A DNA stretch of 64,000 nucleotides from Nitrospirales bacterium (GTDB lineage Bacteria; Nitrospirota; Nitrospiria; Nitrospirales; UBA8639): the NCBI GenBank assembly GCA_963422365.1, contig OY729426.1, positions 160,001 to 224,000 of the forward strand, given 5' to 3'. The notes under the pieces are model-generated. The model ran no database searches. It saw nothing but the letters and a program-made list of their open reading frames with translations, and was not told the DNA's origin. A program made the position numbers and the translations under genes. The first letter of the stretch is position 1, and every line of letters begins with the position of its first letter. Positions 52,696-63,182 of the stretch are shown in pieces.

Positions 52696-55371
52696 TCAAT
52701 GAACCTTGACGATAGTGACTGCCGTCGCCTTCCACTCGGGCACATGGTTCTGCGGATCGACCTTCAACGAGAATAACGCCCGCATGGATTGATCGAAGTG
52801 TTCAGGAAACCATGCGACGGCATCGGGCACACGATCATTCAGTTTCACAGAAGCGGTGGCTTGTCCGCAATCATTCGAGAGCCGAACGGGATGACCTTCT
52901 TCAATCCCCAATCGTCGGGCCTCATCGGAATTGATTTGAAGAAGACCTTCTCCTTGAATTTCCATCAATCCCTTCGCGCGTGTACTGTATTTTCCAGAAT
53001 GATACAGCGACTGGACCAACCGCAACGTCATCGACCCTTGTGGGACGGAGGAGGGCAGATCGATCGTATACCGCCGATCGATATCCTCCTTGAACCCCCT
53101 TGTCACGTAGTGCGCAACCACATCCGCATTGACTCTTGGCGGTGTGGCAGCCAAGCCCAGGAGCCCATACCCTGGAATCACGCCACGTATTTCCTTGAAG
53201 ATGTCTTTCACTTCACCGTACTCCATGGGATGCCCCATCAACACCGACAAGGCCGAAAACATTTCCCAATCAGGGCGACTCTCCCCTACCGGCTCAATCG
53301 ACTGGCGAACGGGCTGGACGTGGCCTTCCGTATTGGTAAACGTGCCATCCTTTTCCATGGCCGAACACGCCGGAAAGACGACATGCCCCCGCTTCGCGGT
53401 TTCCGTTAAAAACAGTTCCTGGCAGACCAACAACTCCAACGCATCAAGCGCCTCGGTCACATGGGCATCGGCCGGCAACGATTCAACCGGATTTTCTCCG
53501 ACGATAAACAACGATTTGATACTGCCGGCCTTGGCCCGACTCAACATATCCGGCAAGGTGGCCGAGGCTCCTCTAGGAACCGCTTGCCCCCAGGCTTGCG
53601 CGAAGACCGCCTGCCTCTCTTCATCATGAAGATCGGCGGGACCTGGAAAATATTCGGCAACGGCACCCATTTCCACGGCGCCCTGCTCATTATTCGCTTC
53701 AGCCAAGCAGCCAAGCCCCGAGCCCCGACTCTGGAGATGCCCCGTGAGGATCTGAAGATCGAGGAGGTTGGTCACCACCCCTTCTCCTCCAAGCGAACGA
53801 AGGACATCCCTGCCGACCAAGATCACGACACGTTGAGCCTGCGTATACGTCCGGGCCGCCACTTCAAAATCCGTTTGCGGGAGACCGGACTGTTCTTGGA
53901 TCGTCTGCCAAGCAACCTGGGCCACGTTGGTCCGTATCGTTTGCACAAACTCCGGCGCCTGTTTGGCGATCTCCTCATGGACCAGGGGTAACTCGACCAC
54001 GGCCTTCAAAAGCCCTAGGATGGCCGCGGCAAACTGTCCGCTCTTCACCGTCAAGTGATGCCGGGAAAGCGTCGCAATATGACTCACCGTCGAGCGGACC
54101 GGAAGCTGTGATTCAAGTGTGATCAGTTGCGCTCCACCGCGTTTCACGGCTTGCTTCACCTGCAGGGCCGTAATGGGATTGGCCTCATTGATGGTCGTGC
54201 CAACCAGCATGATACCGTCGGCTTGGGCTATGTCCTCATATCGAACCGTCCATCGATGGGTGCCCTGCACCCGCCGTAGCGCTCGTACGCCGTTGATATA
54301 CCCGTACCGTGGGCTGCTATCGATCTGATTCGTCCCGATCACGAGACGCATGAATTTCTGAAACAGATACAGATCTTCATTGGTACATCGAGCCGTCATG
54401 AGCCCACCGATCGCATCAGCCCCATGCGCCGCCTTAATAGCCATGAACTGCCGGGCCACGTATTCCAACGCTTCTTCCCACGTGACTTGGGTAAAGGAGC
54501 CATCGGCCTGACGCATGAGCGGATGCTGCACGCGGTCGGGATGGACACTGGCATGATAGCCGAAATACCCACGGACGCAGAGATCCCCGTTGTTTCGGCC
54601 GGCCCCCAACGCTGAATTCACTTCGATCAATTGATGATCTTTTCGCTGAACCGTAATCTGACACCCATCCCCGCAATAGGAACAAATGGTTTCCGTTCGT
54701 TTCAGCATCCACGGACGAAAGTCATACATCGACAACCGACTGGTAATGGCCCCGACCGGACAAATCTGAATACACCCGCCACACATATCACACTTAAGCT
54801 CATTGCCGGCCCAATGCGTAATCTGCGTGAGCGTGCCACGCCCTTCAGCCGCCAACGCTTGGGCGTCCATCACTTCGTCGCAATACCGCACACAGCGCAT
54901 GCACGACACACAACGATTCATTTGTGTTTCAATGACCGGGCTGAGGTATTGTTTCGGAAACACCCGCTTCAATTCATGAAACCGGCTGACGGTGGGCGTG
55001 TACTCATGAGAAAAATCCTGCAGGTCACAGCGGCCGCCCTGATCGCACACCGGGCAATCGAGGGGATGATTGCCTAACAACAACTCCAACACTGATTTCC
55101 GCGCGGTCTCGACAGGCGGCACCGACGACCGCACGACCATGCCTTCGGCCACCCGCGTGCTGCACGAGGTCTGGAGTTTGGAAATTTTTTCGATTTCCAC
55201 CAAACACATCCGACAATTGGCGTCAGGCTCCAACTTAGGGTGGTAACAAAAATGCGGTACCATCACGCCCACTTGTCGTGCCGCCTCGATCACAAGCGTA
55301 CCTTCCGGAACCCGTGTCTTGATTCCATCGATCGTGACCGTCAGCATGTTGGGGGATTGTGGGCTCGACAT
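52696..55371 (-). CDS. nuoG: NADH-quinone oxidoreductase subunit G
   Basis: PHFCYHP..CRMCLV, HPLDCPVCDQGGRCDLQ, CVSCMRC, CSYCGDGC; molybdopterin-like C-terminal domains. Confidence 0.93.
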   Translation of the reverse strand: MSSPQSPNMLTVTIDGIKTRVPEGTLVIEAARQVGVMVPHFCYHPKLEPDANCRMCLVEIEKISKLQTSCSTRVAEGMVVRSSVPPVETARKSVLELLLGNHPLDCPVCDQGGRCDLQDFSHEYTPTVSRFHELKRVFPKQYLSPVIETQMNRCVSCMRCVRYCDEVMDAQALAAEGRGTLTQITHWAGNELKCDMCGGCIQICPVGAITSRLSMYDFRPWMLKRTETICSYCGDGCQITVQRKDHQLIEVNSALGAGRNNGDLCVRGYFGYHASVHPDRVQHPLMRQADGSFTQVTWEEALEYVARQFMAIKAAHGADAIGGLMTARCTNEDLYLFQKFMRLVIGTNQIDSSPRYGYINGVRALRRVQGTHRWTVRYEDIAQADGIMLVGTTINEANPITALQVKQAVKRGGAQLITLESQLPVRSTVSHIATLSRHHLTVKSGQFAAAILGLLKAVVELPLVHEEIAKQAPEFVQTIRTNVAQVAWQTIQEQSGLPQTDFEVAARTYTQAQRVVILVGRDVLRSLGGEGVVTNLLDLQILTGHLQSRGSGLGCLAEANNEQGAVEMGAVAEYFPGPADLHDEERQAVFAQAWGQAVPRGASATLPDMLSRAKAGSIKSLFIVGENPVESLPADAHVTEALDALELLVCQELFLTETAKRGHVVFPACSAMEKDGTFTNTEGHVQPVRQSIEPVGESRPDWEMFSALSVLMGHPMEYGEVKDIFKEIRGVIPGYGLLGLAATPPRVNADVVAHYVTRGFKEDIDRRYTIDLPSSVPQGSMTLRLVQSLYHSGKYSTRAKGLMEIQGEGLLQINSDEARRLGIEEGHPVRLSNDCGQATASVKLNDRVPDAVAWFPEHFDQSMRALFSLKVDPQNHVPEWKATAVTIVKVH

Positions 55372-55380
55372 GGTCAGTTT

Positions 55381-56691
55381 TTACGACACACTGAGGACAG
55401 GGATTTCTTTTCTGCTCGCCTTGAGTGCCTCAGCCTCTTCAATCAAGACCTCATACTCATCCCGCCAATATTTCAACGTACTTTGAACCGGGGCAATTTC
55501 CGCATCTCCAAACGCACAGACCGTTCGACCACCGATGTTTTTGCAAATTTCCGCAAGCGTCTGTAAATCTTCCGGTCGTCCTTGTTTGTTCAGCACTCGT
55601 TGTAAAATCTGGACAATCCAGGCACTGCCTTCCCGACAAGGCGTACACTTTCCACACGATTCATGATAGAAAAATTCCATCAATCGAAGGGCCGCCCACA
55701 CCATGCTCGTGCCTTCTTCCATCACGGTAATCCCACCAGACCCAGACATCGAGCCCGCCAGGGCCACCGACTCGAAATTCAATTGAACATCGACGTGTGC
55801 CGGGGTCAAAAACGGCGCTGACGCCCCGCCAGGGATAAATGCCTTGAGCGGCTTTTCAGACCTCATGCCTCCCCCAAGCTCATAAATCAAATCTCGGAAC
55901 GTCGCGTTCACGGGCAATTCATAATTCCCCGGATGTTTCACATGGCCACTCAAACAAAAAACCCGTGTTCCCGTGCTCTTGGGCGGCGCACCAATCGAGG
56001 CATACCATGCTGCCCCTCGATTCACGATATGGGGGATGTTGGCCAACGTCTCGACATTATTGACGACTGTAGGTTTCTGATAGAGACCATGCGTGGCAGG
56101 GAACGGCGGCTTCGTCCGAGGTTTCCCTCGTTTTCCTTCCAATGATTCGAGCAGCGCGGTTTCTTCACCACAAATATAGGCGCCAGCCCCTGCATGCACG
56201 TAGATATGAACGGTGACCCCGCTGCCGTAAATATCGGAGCCTAAGTGCCCGGCCTGGTTTGCTTCGGCAATCGCATGCTCCAGGATTTTCGTGGCAAGCC
56301 GAAATTCACCCCTTATATAGATATAGGCCGTTTTCGCCCCAATGGCATAACAAGAGATGGCAATGCCTTCAAGGATTTGGTGGGGATCTCGCTCCATCAA
56401 TTGACGGTCTTTAAACGTACCCGGCTCACTCTCATCGGCATTACAGCAGAGGTATTTGGGACCGGGATGGTTTTGGGGAATAAAGCCCCATTTCACCCCG
56501 GTGGGAAAGCCTGCACCGCCCCGACCCCGCAGGCCGGATTGTTTCACCATCTCGACAAGGTCATTGGAAGACACCTTCCCCAGAACGGTTTTCAACGCCT
56601 GATACCCACCGCCCTCTTCATAATCCGAAAGAGACCCCGTGTAGCCGGGTTGTTCCATATTGGTTAAGAGAATCTTTTCAAAGGTCTTCAT
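55381..56691 (-). CDS. nuoF: NADH-quinone oxidoreductase subunit F
   Basis: GLRGRGGAGFPTG, NADESEPG, GAGAYICGEETAL, ESCGKCTPCREG. Confidence 0.96.
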   Translation of the reverse strand: MKTFEKILLTNMEQPGYTGSLSDYEEGGGYQALKTVLGKVSSNDLVEMVKQSGLRGRGGAGFPTGVKWGFIPQNHPGPKYLCCNADESEPGTFKDRQLMERDPHQILEGIAISCYAIGAKTAYIYIRGEFRLATKILEHAIAEANQAGHLGSDIYGSGVTVHIYVHAGAGAYICGEETALLESLEGKRGKPRTKPPFPATHGLYQKPTVVNNVETLANIPHIVNRGAAWYASIGAPPKSTGTRVFCLSGHVKHPGNYELPVNATFRDLIYELGGGMRSEKPLKAFIPGGASAPFLTPAHVDVQLNFESVALAGSMSGSGGITVMEEGTSMVWAALRLMEFFYHESCGKCTPCREGSAWIVQILQRVLNKQGRPEDLQTLAEICKNIGGRTVCAFGDAEIAPVQSTLKYWRDEYEVLIEEAEALKASRKEIPVLSVS

Positions 56692-57224
56692 TGTGGCACA
56701 ACGCCCTCGCCCCGTTCGGGGAACATAAAGGGACCGCTTTTCAGTGAACAATCGCCGGACTCTCGTAAGGCTTGGACAATCTGTCCGACTTTTTCTTCCG
56801 TAAGCCGCTCATAATAGTCGTCATTAATTTGCATCATCGGCCCGGTTCCACACGACCCTAAACATTCTACCGTACTCAGGGTAAACAGTTTATCCTTGGT
56901 AGTCTGGCCGACACCAACATCCAAATGGTTGCGCAACCATTCAATCAGGGGGTCGGCCCCAACCAGCGCGCACATTAACGACCGGCACACTTGGACATGG
57001 AATGTCCCAATCGGTTTGAGATTGAGCATGGTATAAAACGTCGCCGTCTCAAACACTTGGGGAGGGGTGAGATCTAAAATGCCGGCAATCTCCCGCATGG
57101 CGGCTTGGCTCACGTACCCCTCTTCCTTTTGCGCCAAATTCAACAAGGGAAGGAGGGCCGAACGCTTCACCGGATATCGGCTCAGAATTTCATCAATGGT
57201 GTCTTGATGTTTCTCGAAGACCAT
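56688..57224 (-). CDS. nuoE: NADH-quinone oxidoreductase subunit E
   Basis: ATFYTM, CRSLMC, ECLGSC 2Fe-2S ligands. Confidence 0.95.
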   Translation of the reverse strand: MVFEKHQDTIDEILSRYPVKRSALLPLLNLAQKEEGYVSQAAMREIAGILDLTPPQVFETATFYTMLNLKPIGTFHVQVCRSLMCALVGADPLIEWLRNHLDVGVGQTTKDKLFTLSTVECLGSCGTGPMMQINDDYYERLTEEKVGQIVQALRESGDCSLKSGPFMFPERGEGVVPQ

Positions 57225-57275
57225 GCTGCCTTATGGGACATCCTGCGTGATGAGATGTCGTCGCTCGCCGACCAT

Positions 57276-59027
57276 TCACCGATCACATTCACCCATGACG
57301 ATGTCATAGGTGCCGAAAATAGTAATAATATCAGAAATCAGAGAGCCGCGGGCCATAAAATCAAACGCACCCATATGGACAAACGAGGGTGAGCGGATTT
57401 TCATCCGATAGGGCCGAGGGCTCCCGTCACTAATCAAGAAAAACCCCAGTTCACCTTTGGGCACCTCCGTCCCGCAATAGGTCTCCCCCTTCGGTGGCTT
57501 AAACCCCTGTGTAAAGATGATGAAATGATGGATCAAGCTTTCCATGTCCCGCATGACCTTGGGTTTGGCCGGGGGAATGACTTGTGGCCTATCCGCCATA
57601 ATGGGGCCCTCCGGCAACTGATCCAAGCATTGCGCAATGATTCGAGCACTTTGCTTCATTTCTTCGACGCGAATCCAATACCGATCATACGTGTCTCCGT
57701 CTTTGCCGACCGGCACGTCCCAGTCCACTCGGTCATAGACACCATACGGCTCGAGTTTGCGCACATCATAGGCCACTCCCGAGCCACGAAGCGTCGGCCC
57801 CGTGAGCCCGAAGTTAATCGCATCTTCCCCGGACACGACAGCCACGCCCTTGGTTCTGGCCACCCAGATCCGATTCTTTTTCAGCAACGTGTCATATTCC
57901 TGCACGTGTTGAGGAAACGTTTTCAAAAAACCACGAAGGCGTTCAATCAGTTCCGGAGTGAGATCACTGTCCACCCCTCCAATGCGATAATAATTCAGCG
58001 TTAATCGCGCGCCACATAATTGTTCAAAGAAGTCGAGCAACACTTCCCGCTCACGAAACGTCCAAAAGAATACCGTCATGGCCCCAATATCCAAAGCTTG
58101 TGTGCCTAACCAAAAGAGGTGGCCGACAATTCGCTGGACTTCGGCCACGATCGTCCGGACATACTCGGCCCGCTCCGGCAGTGTCACGCCGACCATTTTT
58201 TCAACGGCGCGAACGTAGGCATAGTTGTTCGTCATGGCACACACGTAATCCAAGCGATCCGTATGCGGGATAACCTGCATATAATGGAGACCTTCAGCGA
58301 GTTTTTCGACGCCGCGATGCAGATACCCCATGTCGGGAATGGCTTTGGTAATTCGCTCGCCATCTAGTTCCAGCACCACCCGCAAGACGCCATGAGTGCT
58401 AGGGTGCTGCGGTCCCATATTGAGCAACAATTCGGTCGTGCGCTTGGAGGAGTCAGGATGATCCCCAGCCAGAAAGACGTGCCGCTGATCGTGCGGAAGG
58501 TCGCGTTCGGTCCATGCACTCTCCGGTTCATCCAAGCGGGGAAGAAAATCGAAGGTACTTCTCCACCCTCTGCCTTCGGTGGGAAAATCCTTTCGCAGGG
58601 GATAGCCTTCCGCATAATCTTCCGGCAAAAGAATCCGCCGTAAGTCCGGATGCCCCTCAAATGTGATCCCCATCAGATCGAACACTTCGCGTTCGAGAAA
58701 ATTCGCGCCTTTCCAGATGGGCGTAATGGATCCAATGGTGGGACGATCTTCGGACACGCGGGCTTTCACGCGAATCCGGGTGTGATGCGGGAGGGAGAGA
58801 AAGTGATAGATGACTTCAAACCGTTCCAGGTCATCAGGATAGTCGGCTGAACAAATGTCGGTCAGATGGTCGAAGGCCATGCCGGGATCATCATGAAGGA
58901 ATCGCGCCACGTCCACGAAATCCTGCGCTCGCACCTGGGCTGAGAGGTCTCCCTGCTTGGGATCCTCGCGAACAGCCAGGACGGCCTCGGGAAAACGCTC
59001 GTGTAAGATTTCAAGAACTCGATGCAT
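57276..59027 (-). CDS. nuoCD: Fused NADH-quinone oxidoreductase subunit C/D
   Basis: EREVFDLMG..PLRKDFP (C domain); NMGPQHPSTHGVLR, HRGVEK, GECDR (D domain). Confidence 0.95.
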   Translation of the reverse strand: MHRVLEILHERFPEAVLAVREDPKQGDLSAQVRAQDFVDVARFLHDDPGMAFDHLTDICSADYPDDLERFEVIYHFLSLPHHTRIRVKARVSEDRPTIGSITPIWKGANFLEREVFDLMGITFEGHPDLRRILLPEDYAEGYPLRKDFPTEGRGWRSTFDFLPRLDEPESAWTERDLPHDQRHVFLAGDHPDSSKRTTELLLNMGPQHPSTHGVLRVVLELDGERITKAIPDMGYLHRGVEKLAEGLHYMQVIPHTDRLDYVCAMTNNYAYVRAVEKMVGVTLPERAEYVRTIVAEVQRIVGHLFWLGTQALDIGAMTVFFWTFREREVLLDFFEQLCGARLTLNYYRIGGVDSDLTPELIERLRGFLKTFPQHVQEYDTLLKKNRIWVARTKGVAVVSGEDAINFGLTGPTLRGSGVAYDVRKLEPYGVYDRVDWDVPVGKDGDTYDRYWIRVEEMKQSARIIAQCLDQLPEGPIMADRPQVIPPAKPKVMRDMESLIHHFIIFTQGFKPPKGETYCGTEVPKGELGFFLISDGSPRPYRMKIRSPSFVHMGAFDFMARGSLISDIITIFGTYDIVMGECDR

Positions 59028-59096
59028 GGTGCATCCTCTTGGCAATTTGATCATGCCAGAAAGTTCTACATTTGACTTTTCTCTTTTATAAACAAC

Positions 59097-59828
59097 CTAG
59101 AATTCAACTCTGACTTGTGCACCTAACCATGCCCCATACATAAAAATTGGGATAAAATGCAACGTTACAGCTATCGCGTGGACAATCTCCAATTCGTAAA
59201 GGACACTTGTTTTCTCTGCTAAGGCTTCAAACAGAGGACTCACCATTGCTCCAATCACAAACATGATCCCACTGATTACGATCAAACCTATAGAGAACCA
59301 GAAACTGGGAACAAAATCTACGCGCCCCTTGACTATGCTTGGCACAGTCCAAAGCGAGAGATTTGATGAATCAAGAATTCCGAGTATAGACATATCACTC
59401 AATAAAAAAATGAGTACTGTGCCACCAAGCAAGGGAATGTTTAGTGGTATCCACACCAAACCACCTAGTATTGGGATGAAAAGCAGAATGCCATTTATTA
59501 CAAACAGAGTGCCAATAAGCATGAAAAATTTTCCTGGTTCCACGGCTATAAATTGCCATGGGAAACTCCATGCCGCATCCTCGGCAAAGCCGAAGATTAT
59601 AGGAGCAAGGGTAAAGATCATTACTACCATTCCTCCTAATTGGAATGCAGGGCGTAGAAACCCATAAAGACAACCAACAAAATCGCCATGAACACCTTCG
59701 CTCTTTCCCACAACCATGAATGCAATGCCCGTTGGGATTACGTAAAAAGCAAGATACTCAAGTCCTGCAACATATGTTTCCCAGTATGTCAGTACCATAA
59801 GGCCAGCAAGTACGGAATCCCAAAACAT
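59097..59828 (-). CDS. AT-rich hypothetical multi-pass membrane protein inserted in the nuo operon
   Basis: 243 aa with about six hydrophobic segments; composition visibly more AT-rich than the flanking nuo genes. Confidence 0.7.
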   Translation of the reverse strand: MFWDSVLAGLMVLTYWETYVAGLEYLAFYVIPTGIAFMVVGKSEGVHGDFVGCLYGFLRPAFQLGGMVVMIFTLAPIIFGFAEDAAWSFPWQFIAVEPGKFFMLIGTLFVINGILLFIPILGGLVWIPLNIPLLGGTVLIFLLSDMSILGILDSSNLSLWTVPSIVKGRVDFVPSFWFSIGLIVISGIMFVIGAMVSPLFEALAEKTSVLYELEIVHAIAVTLHFIPIFMYGAWLGAQVRVEF

Positions 59829-59846
59829 GGTTATTCGCTTTTTGAC

Positions 59847-59918
59847 ATCTAACGTCAGGAGACATCAAAAAATTGCTCGGTGCAAAGCGAATTTCCGTCT
59901 ATCCTGATCTTCATATGC
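59847..59918 (-). mobile_element. Degenerate attC-like palindrome
   Basis: Minus strand ends in GTTAGAT 18 nt before the ATG; arms ATCAGGA/TCCTGAC and AAATTCGCT/AGCAATTT; R'' box degraded. Confidence 0.45.
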
Positions 59919-59930
59919 GGCCCTCTCTTC

Positions 59931-60410
59931 TTACTTTACAAAGACTTTTTCTTTTTGAATTTTCTCTTGTAACTTAATCAAGGCATCCAACAGCGCTTCC
60001 GGACGCGGGGGACATCCCGCCACGTAGACATCGACCGGCACGATTTGATCCACCCCTTGCACCACACTATAACTGTTGTAATGATTGCCTGAGGTCGCAC
60101 AGGACCCCATGGAGATCACATAGCGCGGTTCGGCCATTTGATCATAAATGCGCCGAATCACTGGCGCCATCTTTCGACAGACGGTTCCGGCCACGATCAT
60201 GACGTCGGATTGTCTGGGAGAGGCACGAAAGACCCCGGCCCCGAATCGATCGATGTCATACCGGGAGGACACCGACGCAATCATTTCAATGGCACAACAG
60301 GCGAGCCCGAACGTCATCGGCCATAAGGCCGACTTCCGGCACCAACTCACCAGAGAATCAAGATTGGTGGTAAGAATATTGGGTTCAAACTGTCGTTCAA
60401 GCATACTCAT
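59931..60410 (-). CDS. nuoB: NADH-quinone oxidoreductase subunit B
   Basis: [24 protein letters not shown]. Confidence 0.96.
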   Translation of the reverse strand: MSMLERQFEPNILTTNLDSLVSWCRKSALWPMTFGLACCAIEMIASVSSRYDIDRFGAGVFRASPRQSDVMIVAGTVCRKMAPVIRRIYDQMAEPRYVISMGSCATSGNHYNSYSVVQGVDQIVPVDVYVAGCPPRPEALLDALIKLQEKIQKEKVFVK

Positions 60411-60738
60411 AGTTGTCACTCCACCGAAATTTACATTTCGTCATTCTGATTTCTTTCTTGTCAGCCTCGCAGGCGCTCTTTCTGTCATCCCCACAGTTTT
60501 CAGCAGGGGTCCAGGCAGGTGTAGCGCCGCATCCCGGGTCACCTGTCTGCGTGCGGACACGCAAAGGCAGACGGCTCAGGACAGGCCTCATGCGGCCTTT
60601 CCTTGTAGGGTGGCATCTTATACCGCCAGGAAGAAGCCAACCACCAACGCCAGAACTACCCGCCCCACCACGGCCCACAGAAAAAGCAAACACACGTGCA
60701 TGGGGCGGAACCGTAGCACACGGAACAACATCTGGGCC

Positions 60739-61110
60739 TCACTCCCATTCCAACGCCCCTTTTTTCCAGACGTACCAAAACCCAACCACTAAGATGGCAA
60801 TAAAGACCCCCATTTCAATGAGTCCCAACAATCCCAACTTGTGAAACACCACCGCCCACGGAAACATAAAGACGATTTCAATATCAAACACGACAAACAA
60901 CATCGCGATAATGTAATACCGCATCGGAAACTGAATGCGGGCATCCATAAAGAGTGGGCTCCCGCTCTCATACGGAAGAAGTTTCGCGCGATAGGGCCGA
61001 CTAGGTCGCGCGATCCATCCTGCCACCAGCGACACCACGCCAAACCCCAGCGCAATGATGGCAAAGATGGCGATGGGGATATAATTGAGAGGAACCGACT
61101 CGCCGCCCAC
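60739..61110 (-). CDS. nuoA: NADH-quinone oxidoreductase subunit A
   Basis: PYESG, FVVFDIEIVFMFPWA, KKGALEW. Confidence 0.95.
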   Translation of the reverse strand: MGGESVPLNYIPIAIFAIIALGFGVVSLVAGWIARPSRPYRAKLLPYESGSPLFMDARIQFPMRYYIIAMLFVVFDIEIVFMFPWAVVFHKLGLLGLIEMGVFIAILVVGFWYVWKKGALEWE

Positions 61111-61189
61111 CTCAGTACACCCCCCGCTTTCGCGAGGGCAGGCTCATGTAACCGATGTTGATCATCACACTCCTATCCGATCATTACAG

Positions 61190-62371
61190 TTAATGGACTG
61201 TCGCGAACACCGAATCAAAAAACGGACGATGTCGCAAGCCACGAAGCGTTGAGATGACAAGCCTTTTGTGTTGCATCAAAATTTTAAAGGTGGTGCCCAT
61301 CCCATGAGGTCGCAACAACTGGGCTGTGGCTTGGACCACTGTTGATTCTTGGTCACACCCCTGGACCAATTCATCGATCCCTACGCTCATCAAAAAATGC
61401 TGCAGATTCGTAAACCCCGTCGTGGTCAATCCGACCCGTTCGCCGGCATGAGCAAGACTTGAAAAATTCACATGTGCCGTCAAATCCTGTTCCCCGACAC
61501 GTGTATAGGGATTCGTCGACACTGTATGTCGGTGGTACCCCATCAAAGTCCCGTTCTTTCGTTCAGGCGCAAAATAATCCTGGGCCGTGTGGCCATAATC
61601 AATCGTGATCACAACTCCACGATCAAGCACCCTGGCGACCTGTTTGACCCACTCCACGGCTTCCAAGCTGATTTCCGTGGTAAACCCGCCCGGCAATTCC
61701 ACGCCCAGGTCGGATAAGAACGATGACAATTCAGGCGTCGACGGCTCTCCCCATTGTTCCTGCAATGCATGGTTCTGGCTGGCCACGTACAATTCCTGGA
61801 GACCGTCTTGCCCCATGCGAATTCTGTGGACTGGGAACGCATCCACTAATTCATTCGAGAGCAACACGCCAGTCAGGCTTCCATTCGAAACCGTCTGAAG
61901 CTCGTCAACCCATCGAATCAGCCCCTCTTGCTTATCCCAGACAGCCAGCGTTTCCCGTTGTCGACGGCGAAAGGCCGGACTGCGTTCGACCAGGATGCAG
62001 GACAAACGGTGAAAAAGTGAAGCCTGTTGCTCGTGACATTCTTGCAACATATCTCTGAACAACACCCCTTCTCCTGGTCCCATTTCCAGAAGATGAAAAA
62101 CAGGGGGATGGCCGAGTCGTTCATCGATCTCCGCAAGCTGACGGACCAGACACTTGGCCAACACAGGGGAAAGACACGGGACGGTAAAAAAATCGCTCCC
62201 CTCCCGACCAATAGGAAAAGCCGTGGCAGAAGACCGTCCCCCGCCCGTCATATAGTACCCATGCTCGTCGTCATAAAGGGCAAGTTCCATAAAACGCGCA
62301 AACGTCAGAGAGCCTGTTTCCTGAATGAGCCTGGTCATTTTCTGCATTAAAGAAAAATCCGGCGATTCCAT
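61190..62371 (-). CDS. SAM-dependent methyltransferase, MidA/NDUFAF7 family
   Basis: FARFMELALY..GYY, DFFT, EMGPGEG, SNELVDAFP, IDYG, QDLTAHVNF. Confidence 0.9.
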   Translation of the reverse strand: MESPDFSLMQKMTRLIQETGSLTFARFMELALYDDEHGYYMTGGGRSSATAFPIGREGSDFFTVPCLSPVLAKCLVRQLAEIDERLGHPPVFHLLEMGPGEGVLFRDMLQECHEQQASLFHRLSCILVERSPAFRRRQRETLAVWDKQEGLIRWVDELQTVSNGSLTGVLLSNELVDAFPVHRIRMGQDGLQELYVASQNHALQEQWGEPSTPELSSFLSDLGVELPGGFTTEISLEAVEWVKQVARVLDRGVVITIDYGHTAQDYFAPERKNGTLMGYHRHTVSTNPYTRVGEQDLTAHVNFSSLAHAGERVGLTTTGFTNLQHFLMSVGIDELVQGCDQESTVVQATAQLLRPHGMGTTFKILMQHKRLVISTLRGLRHRPFFDSVFATVH

Positions 62372-63182
62372 TCCTCCTTACCAGTACCCCAATGTCCCTA
62401 TTCTCTTCGGCATAGCTCAGGGCAAGCAGGACAGGTATACCACTCAGTACAAATAGGCTTCATAGGCCAACAGACGCATGAGGGACATTTTTCATTTGCC
62501 GTCGAGAAAAGTTCGCGAGGGCTTCTCTGTGTCAAAGTTTTTTAGTGGGAAAATGATCCTTCCACCATCTTCCATTCGAAACATGCCGTACATGGTATAC
62601 GAGCCTCGACAGACCCAGGATCCCCCCGCAGCAGGAAATCTCAACGAGATAAGATTTGGGGCACTTTCCAGGCAGGTTGGGAGCAAGGTTTTGACATCGA
62701 TCAGGGGAAACCTTTGCCAAGATCGAACATTTACGAGATTCTCTCCCACGAGATTCTCTCCCGTCTGTGTCTGGATAAACATCCAAAATGGTCGAATCTC
62801 TAATCTATGCTCGGCGCAGGCAGGCCATGCTCTGTTCACGACCCCTGTTACACACACCTGTTTAACGAACACTGACCCCATAGGACCCAAGAGAATGCTC
62901 TCCATGGGCCAAAAGATCTATAAGTTAGCTATCCGTCAACTGTTAGTCAAGAAAAGTCTGGGGAATTCTATCGTTTAGTTGACAGGCCGTGAAACCGTTG
63001 CGGTCTTCCTCGTGAATGCACGACCTGACATTGATGGTTTTACGCAGTTTCATGGAGGTCACGGGCAGGATGAAACAACCTTTCAGGAATGTCATCGGAG
63101 CCGTCATCGGGGGGCACGCTTGCAGAGATCCTGCTTTTTTTAGCATTTCAGGTAGGGCTCATACGTGAAGAAATGGGGAGAA

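Noticed and set aside
43275..61110. 2M-type complex I
   Set aside because: Only one nuoM is present, and nuoEFG are included, so this is the canonical NADH-oxidising type.
62478..63146. ORFs at 62478-62978, 62492-62905 and 62943-63146
   Set aside because: Mutually overlapping with no recognisable motifs; only a 15-bp tandem duplication (ACGAGATTCTCTCCC) was noted. Not supportable as genes.
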